A program made the translations under genes and the position numbers. 64,000 nucleotides of DNA from NCBI GenBank assembly GCA_965223845.1, contig CBDCXR010000004.1, positions 1,760,001 to 1,824,000 of the forward strand, written 5' to 3'. This document shows, piece by piece, positions 1 through 9,231 of this stretch. The stretch is from Planctomycetota bacterium (GTDB taxonomy: Bacteria > Planctomycetota > UBA8108 > SXIK01). The notes beneath the pieces were generated by a model. That model had not been told where the DNA came from. It did no database searches and saw only the letters and a list, made by a program, of their open reading frames with translations. Every line of letters starts with the position of its first letter. Within the stretch, counting starts at the first letter, position 1.

Positions 1-1078
1 TCGGGCCCGTTCCCTGAAAGCTCGAGAACAGTCGCGTGAAGCCTTCATTCTCGTAGTCGACGAATGCTGCGAGGGTCCACTCGCTCCCGAGCTCGGCCGT
101 CTCGGGAAACTCGATCGTACTGAAGAGCTGCGGCGGCGTGGGTAACTCGAGTCGAGCGGACTGCGCCCCGAAGAGCGGGTGCGCGCGGTTCGGATCGATC
201 GCGACGCGATTGCGCACCACTCCGTTCTGCGCGCCGTCGGCGTCGAATCGATCGGTGATGGTCGTCCCGGCGTCGGGGCTCTCGAAATCGTAGTAGACGG
301 CAAAGACGCCGTCGCCCGGCGTGAAGTTCCCCTCGACGCCGGAGTCCGCGATGGCTGCTATCTCTGCCGGTGAGAGCGCCTGTCCGACGACGATGAGATC
401 GTCGACGTTGCCGAGGAACTGCTCGTTTGCCGCGCCGCCGCCGTCGTGGGGATCCTCACCGAAGCGGAGGTTCACCGGCGCAAACGCGCTCGTCGCTTCG
501 AACTGATCGCGGTCCATCGCGACCGGGACACCGTTCAGATAGACAGCGATCTCTCCCAGCTCGAAGGTGACGGCGACGTGCTTGAATCCCGCCTCGCTCA
601 GCTCGGGCGGAACGACGGTGGACGTCGCTCCGTCCGAGCCGACGAGAAGGCGAATCCCGTTGATGGCGGCACCCGAGGGGTCGAAATCGAGAATGACTCG
701 ATTGGGTTCGACCGCACCCGTCCCCTGGTAGCTCGAAAAGAGTCGCGTGAATCCCGTGTTCTCGTAGTCGACAAAGGCGGCGAGAGTCCACTCGTCGCCC
801 AGCTCCGTCGAATCGGGGATCTCGATCGTGCTGAACTGCTCTGGCGGCCCGACGGGAGTGGGGGGAGAGAAGCGCGACGCTCGGTCTCCGAAGGGAACAT
901 CGTCCGACTGGATCTCGACGTTTCCGAGGAGGGTTCCGTCCTGAGCGCCGTCCTCGCTGAGCTTGTCGGTGGCGGTAGATCCGGAGTCGCCCTCGAAGTC
1001 GTAGAAGATCTCGATCGCCACGGCCGGAAGCGGCAGCAGTGACCCTACTGCGATCGCGCAAGCGTACAGCGTCCGCAT
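1..1078 (-). CDS. Secreted LamG/concanavalin-like jelly-roll repeat protein (3' end runs off the window)
   Basis: Not in the ORF track; read by hand. ATG at 1078 follows GGAGGGTGAGAC. Signal peptide MRTLYACAIAVGSLLPLPAVA. LamG-like motifs FYDFEG, FKHVAVTF..YLNG and FLGNVDDL. Internal repeat FSTIE.P..ELG.EWTLAAFVDYEN.GFTRLFSS occurs twice. Confidence 0.8.
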   Translation of the reverse strand, partial: MRTLYACAIAVGSLLPLPAVAIEIFYDFEGDSGSTATDKLSEDGAQDGTLLGNVEIQSDDVPFGDRASRFSPPTPVGPPEQFSTIEIPDSTELGDEWTLAAFVDYENTGFTRLFSSYQGTGAVEPNRVILDFDPSGAAINGIRLLVGSDGATSTVVPPELSEAGFKHVAVTFELGEIAVYLNGVPVAMDRDQFEATSAFAPVNLRFGEDPHDGGGAANEQFLGNVDDLIVVGQALSPAEIAAIADSGVEGNFTPGDGVFAVYYDFESPDAGTTITDRFDADGAQNGVVRNRVAIDPNRAHPLFGAQSARLELPTPPQLFSTIEFPETAELGSEWTLAAFVDYENEGFTRLFSSFQGTGP

Positions 1079-1177
1079 GTCTCACCCTCCAGTCTGCACT
1101 TCCACACGCGCCGAGAGTTCGACCGCTCGTCGACCGCGTGCCTCGATCCTACCCGAACTCCTCTGGGGCACGCACGA

Positions 1178-4100
1178 TCAAGGTGCGCAAAGGTCGGGAC
1201 AGCCGGGAATCCGCACGCACTCCACCCCGAGTGCAGGCGGCCTGCCGTCGCCGAAGAGAAAATTGAGAATGCTGATGACGTCGGAAATATCGACCGATGC
1301 ATCTCCGTTCACGTCCGCGACGAGAGCGCTCGCACCTTCGGTGATCAACGCGTCACCGCACGGCGTCGCGAGGACGGGGCCGCCACCGAACAGATCGCGA
1401 ATCAGCCGGAGGGCGTCGGCGATGTTGAGTCCTCCGTCCTGATTCGTGTCGCCGGGAATCTGCGTTCCCGCATCCTCCGGATCCGCGTCGACGACGCCCG
1501 GCGTACCTCCGATTGCAGCGCTCGGTCGCCACGCGTCTTCGTCGCCCCACGCGGACGCGGGTCCCCCTGGATCTTCGGCGATGAGCGAGAAGCCGGGTCC
1601 GTCGGTGATCGCGTACCACTCGTCGTCGTACTCGAACTCGAGAAGAGGTTCGTCGACGGGTCCGAAAAGAATGAGCGTTTCGCCGCCGTTACTGAGTCGT
1701 CCGTCGAACTCGCCGACGACCGCGCCCAACGCGTCGGGGTAGCGCTCTCCAAACGCCTCTTCGTTGTGGACGACGACGACGGCCTCGCCGGGATCGAGTA
1801 CGCGAGCCGGAAACTCGAAGCGGATTCCTCCGTCGATGCGGAGCCCCTCGAGGTTGAACTCCGCGCCCGTCATGTTCGCCACCTCGACGAACTCGAACGC
1901 GTCTTCGAGCCAGGGGGAATCGTCGGGCGGCTCGGCCGGATGGTAGAGGATCTCGGTGATGCGAACGCCGAGATCGAAGAAGTAGAGCGCGTCCCGACGA
2001 GCGCTCCAACTGTTGCCGTCGCGCGCGCGAGCGAAGACTCGCGCCGGAGCCTCCACGACGAACGCGGCGCTCCCTTCGCCTTCGACCGCGTCCGGGGACA
2101 CCTCTCCTCCCGGAAGTCGGGGGTCGGTGCCGTCGGTCGTGAAGACGACGGTCGCGTTCGGCGCGGTGATCGTGATCTCCGTTCCCGGCGCGACGGAGCC
2201 CTCGGGAAGACTCAGACTCGGCGGGGGAAGAGGAGGGTAGAGTCCGCGTCGACGAAACTGGTCGAGGACGATGTCTGGTCGCCGAGGAAAGAATGTTTCG
2301 ACGATCCACCGACGCTGGCTCTCCCACCGGCCGTCGGGAACGTCGGGCGGTTCGCGCCGGACGTCTCCCCAGCGCGCGGACTCTCCGTGAAGCGCGGCGA
2401 AGATTTCGTCCGTGCGCCGGCCGTACAGCTCGATTGCGTTTTCGGGCGCTAAGACTCCGCCGTCGACGATGTGTTGCTGAAGACGATCGGCGAATCGGAC
2501 GCGGAAGTCCGCGTGACCGCGGAAGCGGTTGTAGATCTCGCCGGGTCCGTTCGCGAGCGCGGATGCCGATACGTCCGCCCGCGAGCCGGTGAGATCGACG
2601 GTGAGAACGTTCGGGCGGATCGGGCCGGGGATGTTGACGTCGAGCCCTAGGCCGACTTCTGCGTCCCATACGACGAACCGGAACTTCTCGTCGAGTGCGC
2701 GCCTGCGGACTGCGTGCCAGTTGTGATCCGGCCAATCCCAGTTCCCGGTGAACATGTTGACGAGCATGTAGTCGATGAAGTTGTCGACATCGAGAAGCTC
2801 GGTCACGCCCGGGTAGTCGTTCGCGCGCACTCGCTGAATCAGCGTGCTCCACGCCCGCGTGTCGCCGCTGAACGCCGCGCGATCGATGATGACATCGTAG
2901 TCCTCGGAATCTCCGCCGAAATGCTCGGCCGCGAACGACTCGTCGACGCGCTCGACGAGGTTGTAGAGGCCCCAGTAGAGTCCGTTCAGATAGAGGTGAA
3001 CGAAGATTCCGGCGACGTGCTCGTGTCCCATGTCGCGGTGAACGTCGCGGGCCCACTGGTCGCGGATGAACTGGGCGTTCTGGCCGGTCGCGAGATTTGC
3101 GCTCGTCCAGTTGTCGCTCGAGCTCGCGCTGAGGACGAGGGTGTCGAAGCGGTCGACGGAGCTGTCGTCGAAGAGCGCAAAGTCGAGTTTCGGAGCGCCG
3201 TACTCGCTTCGAAAGTGGAGCCGGAGCGAATGCTGAGGGGTGATGCTCGGATCGCGGCTGCTTCCACCGTGGGCTCGCAGTCCGGCGTCGATCTGAAACT
3301 CTCCCGGTCCTGCGTCACCAAAGAGCTCGACCGAACACTCGCGCTCCCAGGCGCGCCCGCGCTGCGTCGGATTCGAGTAGACGCCTTCGGGGCCAAAGAG
3401 ATCTTCGACGGGCGCGACGACGCTCACGGTCGGGATCGCCTGGAGATCGTGTGCGAGGCGATCGGAGTACCTCGCGTCGTCGACGACGTTCGGGTCCATC
3501 GCGTAGTCGGGACGCGTGCCGTTCCAGCTCGCGGGGAATCCCGCGCCCGTCTGCTCTATGACTTCCTCGGGGAAGAGATACGTCTGCGTGTCGACGTTCG
3601 TCGGAAAAAACCCGGGCCGAGTCGCGCAGGCGCGGAGCACCGTCGTACCCGTAATCGTGATCGGTCCGGTGTAGAGACTTGCGGCCGGTCCCCGGGGATC
3701 GCTTCCGTCGAGCGAGAAGTGGATCGCCGCGCCGTTCGTGTCGCTCTCGATCTCCACCTCGAACGGTTCGGAGAAGAAACCGCGATCGACGGTGAATCGC
3801 GTGTCGCCGACGAACCCGAAGAGCCCGGGCCCGTTCGGCGCCCCCGGCGTCGGTCGGGGAAAATAGAGCCGTCGACTGGTCTCGCGAGGCTCGAGCCCGA
3901 TATCGAGGAGGAAATCGGGGCTGTCCGGACCGTCGTTCAGCGCGTGCACCCCGAGGACGTTCCGTCCCGGGACGAGCGCGTCCAGGTGGCCGCCGATGTC
4001 GATCGTCTCGACTCTCAGCGCATCGAGACGGGGGCGATCACTCTCGGCAGCCGAACTCGAGTCGAGAACTGCGGGCGCGTTTCGGCGGACGACCTCACGC

Positions 4101-5584
4101 CCGTTGAGATAGAGAGCGCAGCCGTCGTCGTAGCGAAGATGAACGAGGAGGGACTCGAGGCCGCCGGGGTCGTCGATCTCGAACGTGAACCGGGCGTAGA
4201 GTGACGAGCTCACACCGCGGAGCTCGGTCTCGACGTCAGTGCGAACGATCTCATCGAAGCCGCGGGGCTCGATCCCGGCCGCGAAATGATCTGCGATCTC
4301 AGCGGGGCCGAGCGCGCGCCGATAGATCGCTACCTCGTCCAGTCCACCGCGATACCTCTGACTCGTCCCGAACGGGCGATCGCCGATCCGAAGAAGCGAC
4401 GATGGCTCGACCCCCCGCTCCTCGAGCTCGGCCGCTGCGACGAGATCGCCGTTTACGTAGAGCGCCAATGACTCCGCGGCGAGATCTTGGATACCGACGA
4501 CGTGAAACCAGGTGTCACCATCGAAGGTGTAGGTCGCTGGAGACGTCAAGACGTTCGCGAGCCCCTGAGTGATGAAGCGAAACTGATCCGCGCTCGTGAT
4601 GCCGAGCAAGAAGTCGGTGGCGGAAGCACTCGAACCTTTGGCCGTGATCCACTGAAAGCTGCCGCCCGACAACGGCTTCACCCACGCTTCGATCGAGATC
4701 GACTCTCCGATTGCGGTCAGGTCCCCGGCGTCCGAGATGTCGAGATAGCCGCCCGCGAGCTCGGCCGCGGGATCATCGTCTCCGACGAGCGCGCCGGCGG
4801 CGCCGAGCGACACGTCGCCCTGATACTCGCCCGGGTAGCGGCCGGTTTCGTCAGCCGCGGCATCCGGTTCTGAGTCGCCGAGTCGCCAGTAGGCGCCGAG
4901 TCGATCGCTCGCGCGCACGATGGCTGCGTATACGCTCACGCCTTCGACCTCGCCGTCGGCTTCGTACCCGAGGGGTAGCGCCGCTCGAGTGCCGCTCGGA
5001 GCGTGCGACCAGCTCGAATCGTCGAATTCGATCGCCGTCCACTCGAGGTCCGCGTCACCGGGGACGGGGACCAGCCACGAGAGCCCGCCATCGATCGGCT
5101 CCGGCGCGTCTGGCCGGCCGAGGCCGTAAGAGATGTCTTCCCGCTGGGGTGGATAGCTCGGCGCAAATTCATGCGCGAGTTCCCCATTCGGACGAACGAG
5201 CGCGAGATGTTCGCCGGCGCTCCGCAGACTGAAGCTCGCGTGAAGCTCGCCGAACGCCGGACTCCGATCTTTTCCCGACGCGAAGACGACGAGGTAATCG
5301 CCCGGACTGAGAACGCGCTCCGGGAACACCCACGGTTCGCCGCGGTCGTCGACGATCGCCCAGCCGGCTAGGTCGACGTCGCCGCCGCTTCGATTGCAAA
5401 TCTCGATCCAGTCGGAGGCGTCGCCGTCCTCGTCCTCGATGCCGCTCCGGTTGGACGCGAGAAGCTCGCTGATCACGAGGTCTTCCGGGAGACCCGCGCG
5501 CGCTTCTGTTCCGACCGACACCCACGCCATCGTCGCGATCGCGAACGCGAGGAGACCGGGCGAGTGCATCGAGGAACGGATCAT
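1178..5584 (-). CDS. Secreted lamin-tail-domain / LamG / CotH-kinase-like protein with C-terminal dockerin-like domain
   Basis: Signal peptide. LTD motifs ISELLASN..DWIEI and ITEILYHP..FEFVEV. LamG domain. CotH-like YLNGLYWGLYNLVE, NWDWPDHNW and WDAE. C-terminal DTNQDG..I.D / DVNGD..DISD repeats. Start set at ATG 5584 with GGAG upstream. Confidence 0.85.
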   Translation of the reverse strand: MIRSSMHSPGLLAFAIATMAWVSVGTEARAGLPEDLVISELLASNRSGIEDEDGDASDWIEICNRSGGDVDLAGWAIVDDRGEPWVFPERVLSPGDYLVVFASGKDRSPAFGELHASFSLRSAGEHLALVRPNGELAHEFAPSYPPQREDISYGLGRPDAPEPIDGGLSWLVPVPGDADLEWTAIEFDDSSWSHAPSGTRAALPLGYEADGEVEGVSVYAAIVRASDRLGAYWRLGDSEPDAAADETGRYPGEYQGDVSLGAAGALVGDDDPAAELAGGYLDISDAGDLTAIGESISIEAWVKPLSGGSFQWITAKGSSASATDFLLGITSADQFRFITQGLANVLTSPATYTFDGDTWFHVVGIQDLAAESLALYVNGDLVAAAELEERGVEPSSLLRIGDRPFGTSQRYRGGLDEVAIYRRALGPAEIADHFAAGIEPRGFDEIVRTDVETELRGVSSSLYARFTFEIDDPGGLESLLVHLRYDDGCALYLNGREVVRRNAPAVLDSSSAAESDRPRLDALRVETIDIGGHLDALVPGRNVLGVHALNDGPDSPDFLLDIGLEPRETSRRLYFPRPTPGAPNGPGLFGFVGDTRFTVDRGFFSEPFEVEIESDTNGAAIHFSLDGSDPRGPAASLYTGPITITGTTVLRACATRPGFFPTNVDTQTYLFPEEVIEQTGAGFPASWNGTRPDYAMDPNVVDDARYSDRLAHDLQAIPTVSVVAPVEDLFGPEGVYSNPTQRGRAWERECSVELFGDAGPGEFQIDAGLRAHGGSSRDPSITPQHSLRLHFRSEYGAPKLDFALFDDSSVDRFDTLVLSASSSDNWTSANLATGQNAQFIRDQWARDVHRDMGHEHVAGIFVHLYLNGLYWGLYNLVERVDESFAAEHFGGDSEDYDVIIDRAAFSGDTRAWSTLIQRVRANDYPGVTELLDVDNFIDYMLVNMFTGNWDWPDHNWHAVRRRALDEKFRFVVWDAEVGLGLDVNIPGPIRPNVLTVDLTGSRADVSASALANGPGEIYNRFRGHADFRVRFADRLQQHIVDGGVLAPENAIELYGRRTDEIFAALHGESARWGDVRREPPDVPDGRWESQRRWIVETFFPRRPDIVLDQFRRRGLYPPLPPPSLSLPEGSVAPGTEITITAPNATVVFTTDGTDPRLPGGEVSPDAVEGEGSAAFVVEAPARVFARARDGNSWSARRDALYFFDLGVRITEILYHPAEPPDDSPWLEDAFEFVEVANMTGAEFNLEGLRIDGGIRFEFPARVLDPGEAVVVVHNEEAFGERYPDALGAVVGEFDGRLSNGGETLILFGPVDEPLLEFEYDDEWYAITDGPGFSLIAEDPGGPASAWGDEDAWRPSAAIGGTPGVVDADPEDAGTQIPGDTNQDGGLNIADALRLIRDLFGGGPVLATPCGDALITEGASALVADVNGDASVDISDVISILNFLFGDGRPPALGVECVRIPGCPDLCAP

Positions 5585-5677
5585 AGTACTCTCCGAAGCG
5601 GGAGGTCTCACTCCATCGTAGCACTAAGCATTTCCGGTCCGCCGTCCTTTCCCCCGCGATCCGAAGAGCGATCCCGC

Positions 5678-6469
5678 ATGAGAAAAAGCCGCATTCTGCC
5701 GAAGCTGCGTCGGGACGAGCCGGTGCTCCTCACCCAGCTTCACTTCACCGACGAGTCCGTATGGGAGCTCGCGAGTGGAATGGGGTTCGACGGGATCTGG
5801 ATGGACCTCGAGCACCACTTCTACAGTGCGGAAACCGCGGCGCGGCTGATGCGGGCGACGCGGGTGGGGGACTGCGACGTCGTGGCACGCGCGGCGCGCG
5901 GCGAATTCATGCGATTCGCGCGACTACTCGAGGCGGGCGCGACTGGCGTGATGTATCCGCGCTGTGAGAGCGCGGACGAGGCGGTCGAGATCGTCCGGAA
6001 CGCGAAGTTCGCCCCGGAAGGCGTCCGAGGATTTGACGGCGGCAATCCCGATATGCCGTACTGCTCGATGCCGATCGCCGAGTACGTGAAGGAGGCAAAC
6101 GCGGAGACTTTCGTCGTCGTTCAGATCGAGAGTCCCGCTGCGCTCGAGAATGTCGAAGCGATCGCCGCGGTCCAAGGTGTCGACGTGATCTTCTTCGGGC
6201 CGGCCGACTTCTCGGTGCTTGCGGGAATCCCGGGGCAGTTCGGCCACGAGCGGATCCGGTCGGCGGTCGACCGGGTGGCGAACGCCGCCCGTTCTGCGGG
6301 GAAGCACTGGGGAACGCCCTGTTTCTCTGTCGACCACGCGCGTGAGCTCGTGGATCGCGGCGCGCGGTTCCTGTGTCACTCGGCGGACCTGATTCTCGTC
6401 AAGGAGGGGTTCGAATCGATCCGCGACGAGTTTGCCGCAATCGGTGTCGGCTCTCCGCGCGCGGAATGA
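5678..6469 (+). CDS. HpcH/HpaI-family class II pyruvate aldolase
   Basis: Motifs WMDLEH, GATGVMYP, GVRG, VQIE and FGPADF. Start set at ATG 5678. Confidence 0.9.
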   Translation: MRKSRILPKLRRDEPVLLTQLHFTDESVWELASGMGFDGIWMDLEHHFYSAETAARLMRATRVGDCDVVARAARGEFMRFARLLEAGATGVMYPRCESADEAVEIVRNAKFAPEGVRGFDGGNPDMPYCSMPIAEYVKEANAETFVVVQIESPAALENVEAIAAVQGVDVIFFGPADFSVLAGIPGQFGHERIRSAVDRVANAARSAGKHWGTPCFSVDHARELVDRGARFLCHSADLILVKEGFESIRDEFAAIGVGSPRAE

Positions 6470-6490
6470 CGAGCGCCCTCGTGCGGGCTC

Positions 6491-7207
6491 TTAGTTCCGG
6501 GTCGCCGACGAGCGTGCCTTGTCGTACGCCGCTTGTAACTCCGGGTCTACCGTGGTGTGACGACCGCGGTACACGACGACGATGCTCCGTCGCGCGCGTT
6601 CGCTCCGATTGGGGTGGCTGCGGTGAATGATCTGCGAATGATGGAGGAGCGCGTCTCCAGGTTCGAGCTCGGGCTGATACACCTCGAATCGGTTCGCCGG
6701 CGGTTCGTTCGCAAGTGCGAAAGAGTTGCCGCGGACTCCCGACGCCCGGTGGGGCTCGAGCTCGCGATGGGATCCTAGCAGGTACTCGACGGCGCCGTTC
6801 TCACGCGTGACGCGGTCGAGCGCGATCCAAAGCGTCACCACATCCGCAGGGCGCCGACAGAAGTACGCGTTGTCCTGGTGGTAGGGAACGACGGACCCCA
6901 CGCGCGCCGGCTTCCAGAACGTCTCGACACCGAGAGGTTCCGGCTCGCCCACGAGTTCGGCCGCGAGCTCGAGAAAGCTCGGCTGCACCATCCACCGCCG
7001 GAAGTACGGATCGTGCTTGTCCATGCGCCAAAAGTTCCGCACGCTCTCACCGTCTGATTCGAGAACGTAGTCGTCTTCCGGGAGTCGGGGGAGAACCTCG
7101 CGCCGGTAGCGATCGAGCGCGGCTTCGAGCTCGGCGACCGCGCCTGTGTCGAGGAGTCCCCGCTGCAGCACGACGCCGCGGCGATCGTAGTCATCTCGGA
7201 TTCGCAT
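6491..7207 (-). CDS. Phytanoyl-CoA dioxygenase (PhyH)-family Fe(II)/2-oxoglutarate oxygenase
   Basis: YHQDN...WIALD..T.ENG...GSH...IIHRS.PN.S..RRS (HxD...H facial triad). Start follows GGGAGGG. Confidence 0.88.
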   Translation of the reverse strand: MRIRDDYDRRGVVLQRGLLDTGAVAELEAALDRYRREVLPRLPEDDYVLESDGESVRNFWRMDKHDPYFRRWMVQPSFLELAAELVGEPEPLGVETFWKPARVGSVVPYHQDNAYFCRRPADVVTLWIALDRVTRENGAVEYLLGSHRELEPHRASGVRGNSFALANEPPANRFEVYQPELEPGDALLHHSQIIHRSHPNRSERARRSIVVVYRGRHTTVDPELQAAYDKARSSATRN

Positions 7208-7255
7208 CGGTCCCTCCCGGCGCTGATCCAATCGGCTCGCGGAGGGACGCGGCGG

Positions 7256-8596
7256 TCACAAGACCTCGCGACGCGTCGGTCGGATCTTTCTCGACCGCCC
7301 TCGCGTCGCGCGTCGTGCCTCCCGACTCTCCCACTCGCGAAGCGCGGGAAGATTCTCCTCGAGCTTCGTGAAGATCGACGCGAGACGGCGCATGCGACCG
7401 GCGTCCTGCCGGATGAAGTTCCATTCCATGTCGAGCGACTTCGAGATCTTCTCTTCGCAGGCCGGAAAACGCTGACCGCGAAAGCGCACGCGAGCGTCGC
7501 GAAGGTGCTTCGTCCAAATCGTCTTCGGCCCACGATAGCCACTCGCGCGAAGTCGCTCCCAATGCGGAATCGGTGCGGGCACGTAGCCGCCGACCTCGAG
7601 ACCCTCCGCTGCGAGCGCACGGATGTACGTCTCTCGGCGGATTCCGGCCGCAGCCTCGTCGAAATTGAGGCTCAGGGTGTAGTAGCCCGGCTTCTCGTCG
7701 GCACGAAAGTCTGGAAAGCGAACCGCGCTCACGCCGGCGAGGAGTCGTTTGAGCCGGGCGACGTTCTTTCGTCGACCTTCGACCTCGCGGTCGACCTTCT
7801 TCAGTTGCTCCGTGAGGAGCACGGCGGCCACGGGCGACAAACGATACGAGTAGACGAGCGAATCGACGTAGGGGAGAAGCGCGCGCGGGAAACCGGGATC
7901 CGGCGATCGACCCATGTGCTGACAACAGAGTGCGGCCTTCCAGTACACGTCTTCCTGCTTCGTTAGGAGATATCCCGCCTCGAGTGTCCCGAGGAGCTTG
8001 AATCCCATGCAGCTGAATCCCGCCGCATCGCCGAACTCTCCGACCTTGCGACCGCGCACCTCCGCTCCGTGGGCTTGACTTCCGTCCTCGACCACGGGGA
8101 TGCCGCGCTTTCTCGCGACGCGGAGAATCGCCGGCATGTCGCAGGGGTGGCCGTGGATGTGGACCGGGAGGATCGCCTTCGTGCGCCGCGTAATGAGCGG
8201 CTCGATCGTCGCTGGATCCATGACTCCGGTGTCGGGATCGACGTCCGTGAACACCGGGACCGCACCGCAGTGGAGGATGCAGGAGACCGACGCCCCCCAG
8301 GAATACGGGGTCGTGATCACTTCGTCCCCCGGCTCGATCTCGAGGCCGACGAGGGCCATCTGAAGCGACGCATGACCCGACGAGAGAACCATCGCGTGCT
8401 TCGCGTTCTGCCACTCGGCGATGGCTTCTTCCGCTTCGCGAATGATCGGGTGATGCTTCCCGAGACCGACCGTCATGCCGGTTTCGAGGAGCTTGGTCGC
8501 TCGCGCGATCGCACGACGGCTGAATTCCGGGTGTTGATCGGGATCGATCGAGCCCACCGGATCGCCGCCGAGAAGAGCGGCCTTGTTGTCAGTCAC
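7256..8596 (-). CDS. DegT/DnrJ/EryC1/StrS-family PLP aminotransferase
   Basis: SSGHASL, GDEVITT, VEDGSQAHG, and FSCMGFKLL with the PLP lysine. GTG start follows GGAGGG. Confidence 0.9.
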   Translation of the reverse strand: MTDNKAALLGGDPVGSIDPDQHPEFSRRAIARATKLLETGMTVGLGKHHPIIREAEEAIAEWQNAKHAMVLSSGHASLQMALVGLEIEPGDEVITTPYSWGASVSCILHCGAVPVFTDVDPDTGVMDPATIEPLITRRTKAILPVHIHGHPCDMPAILRVARKRGIPVVEDGSQAHGAEVRGRKVGEFGDAAGFSCMGFKLLGTLEAGYLLTKQEDVYWKAALCCQHMGRSPDPGFPRALLPYVDSLVYSYRLSPVAAVLLTEQLKKVDREVEGRRKNVARLKRLLAGVSAVRFPDFRADEKPGYYTLSLNFDEAAAGIRRETYIRALAAEGLEVGGYVPAPIPHWERLRASGYRGPKTIWTKHLRDARVRFRGQRFPACEEKISKSLDMEWNFIRQDAGRMRRLASIFTKLEENLPALREWESREARRATRGRSRKIRPTRREVL

Positions 8597-8734
8597 GGAT
8601 CTCTTCCCTCCTTTGCGCGATCGGCGGATCACACCCGTCGGGCGGGCGCATCGCCGACTCGCCGGTGTGCGTTCGCCCGCCGACGAAGCTCGATCATCGA
8701 ATTCTCCGCACCGCCCGCTCGAGCGTCAACGGTG

Positions 8735-9229
8735 TCAGGCGGGAGGCTTCGAGAGCGCCCGGACAAACGGCGTCCGTCCGAGCCGGGAGAGTCCGAGAAT
8801 CGCGGCGCACACGATCGCCGCCGCGATCGCCTCGTCGATCTCGGCCTTGACGGCGCAAGAGCCCGCGAGCGAGGCGACGTAGACCGAGAGGTTGGGCGCG
8901 AGACTCGACGCGGATTGTGCCTCCATGTCTTCGACGGCCTGGACGAGCGGGCCGAACACCGCCGCGGGGAGCTGCGGATCGGTCCGCTCGAGGTCGTCGA
9001 AGAAACTCTCGATGGACGCCTCCGGGTTCTCCTCGAACCAGTATCGCTCCGGCACGGTACGTCCGCCCGGAGGACCGGAGAGAAACTGCCTCACCGCGTC
9101 GCACCCGAGCCGCGCTCGTTCCGACGTGTCTCGAGCTTCGTGGTAGGCCTTGAGCACGAATTCGCGCAAGGCTTCCTCGTCGACAGCGAATCCGTTCCCC
9201 GCGGGAACGTTCTCTTCACCTTCCGTCAC
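8735..9229 (-). CDS. Hypothetical helical protein
   Basis: Codon usage matches real genes. Starts directly after the E1 stop codon with AAGGAG upstream. No recognised motif. Confidence 0.6.
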   Translation of the reverse strand: MTEGEENVPAGNGFAVDEEALREFVLKAYHEARDTSERARLGCDAVRQFLSGPPGGRTVPERYWFEENPEASIESFFDDLERTDPQLPAAVFGPLVQAVEDMEAQSASSLAPNLSVYVASLAGSCAVKAEIDEAIAAAIVCAAILGLSRLGRTPFVRALSKPPA

Positions 9230-9231
9230 CG

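Noticed and set aside
854-870. Possible frameshift at the G-run in the LamG-repeat gene
   Set aside because: Codon-by-codon reading across the six G's (860-865) stays in frame (RFSPPTPVGPPEQF).
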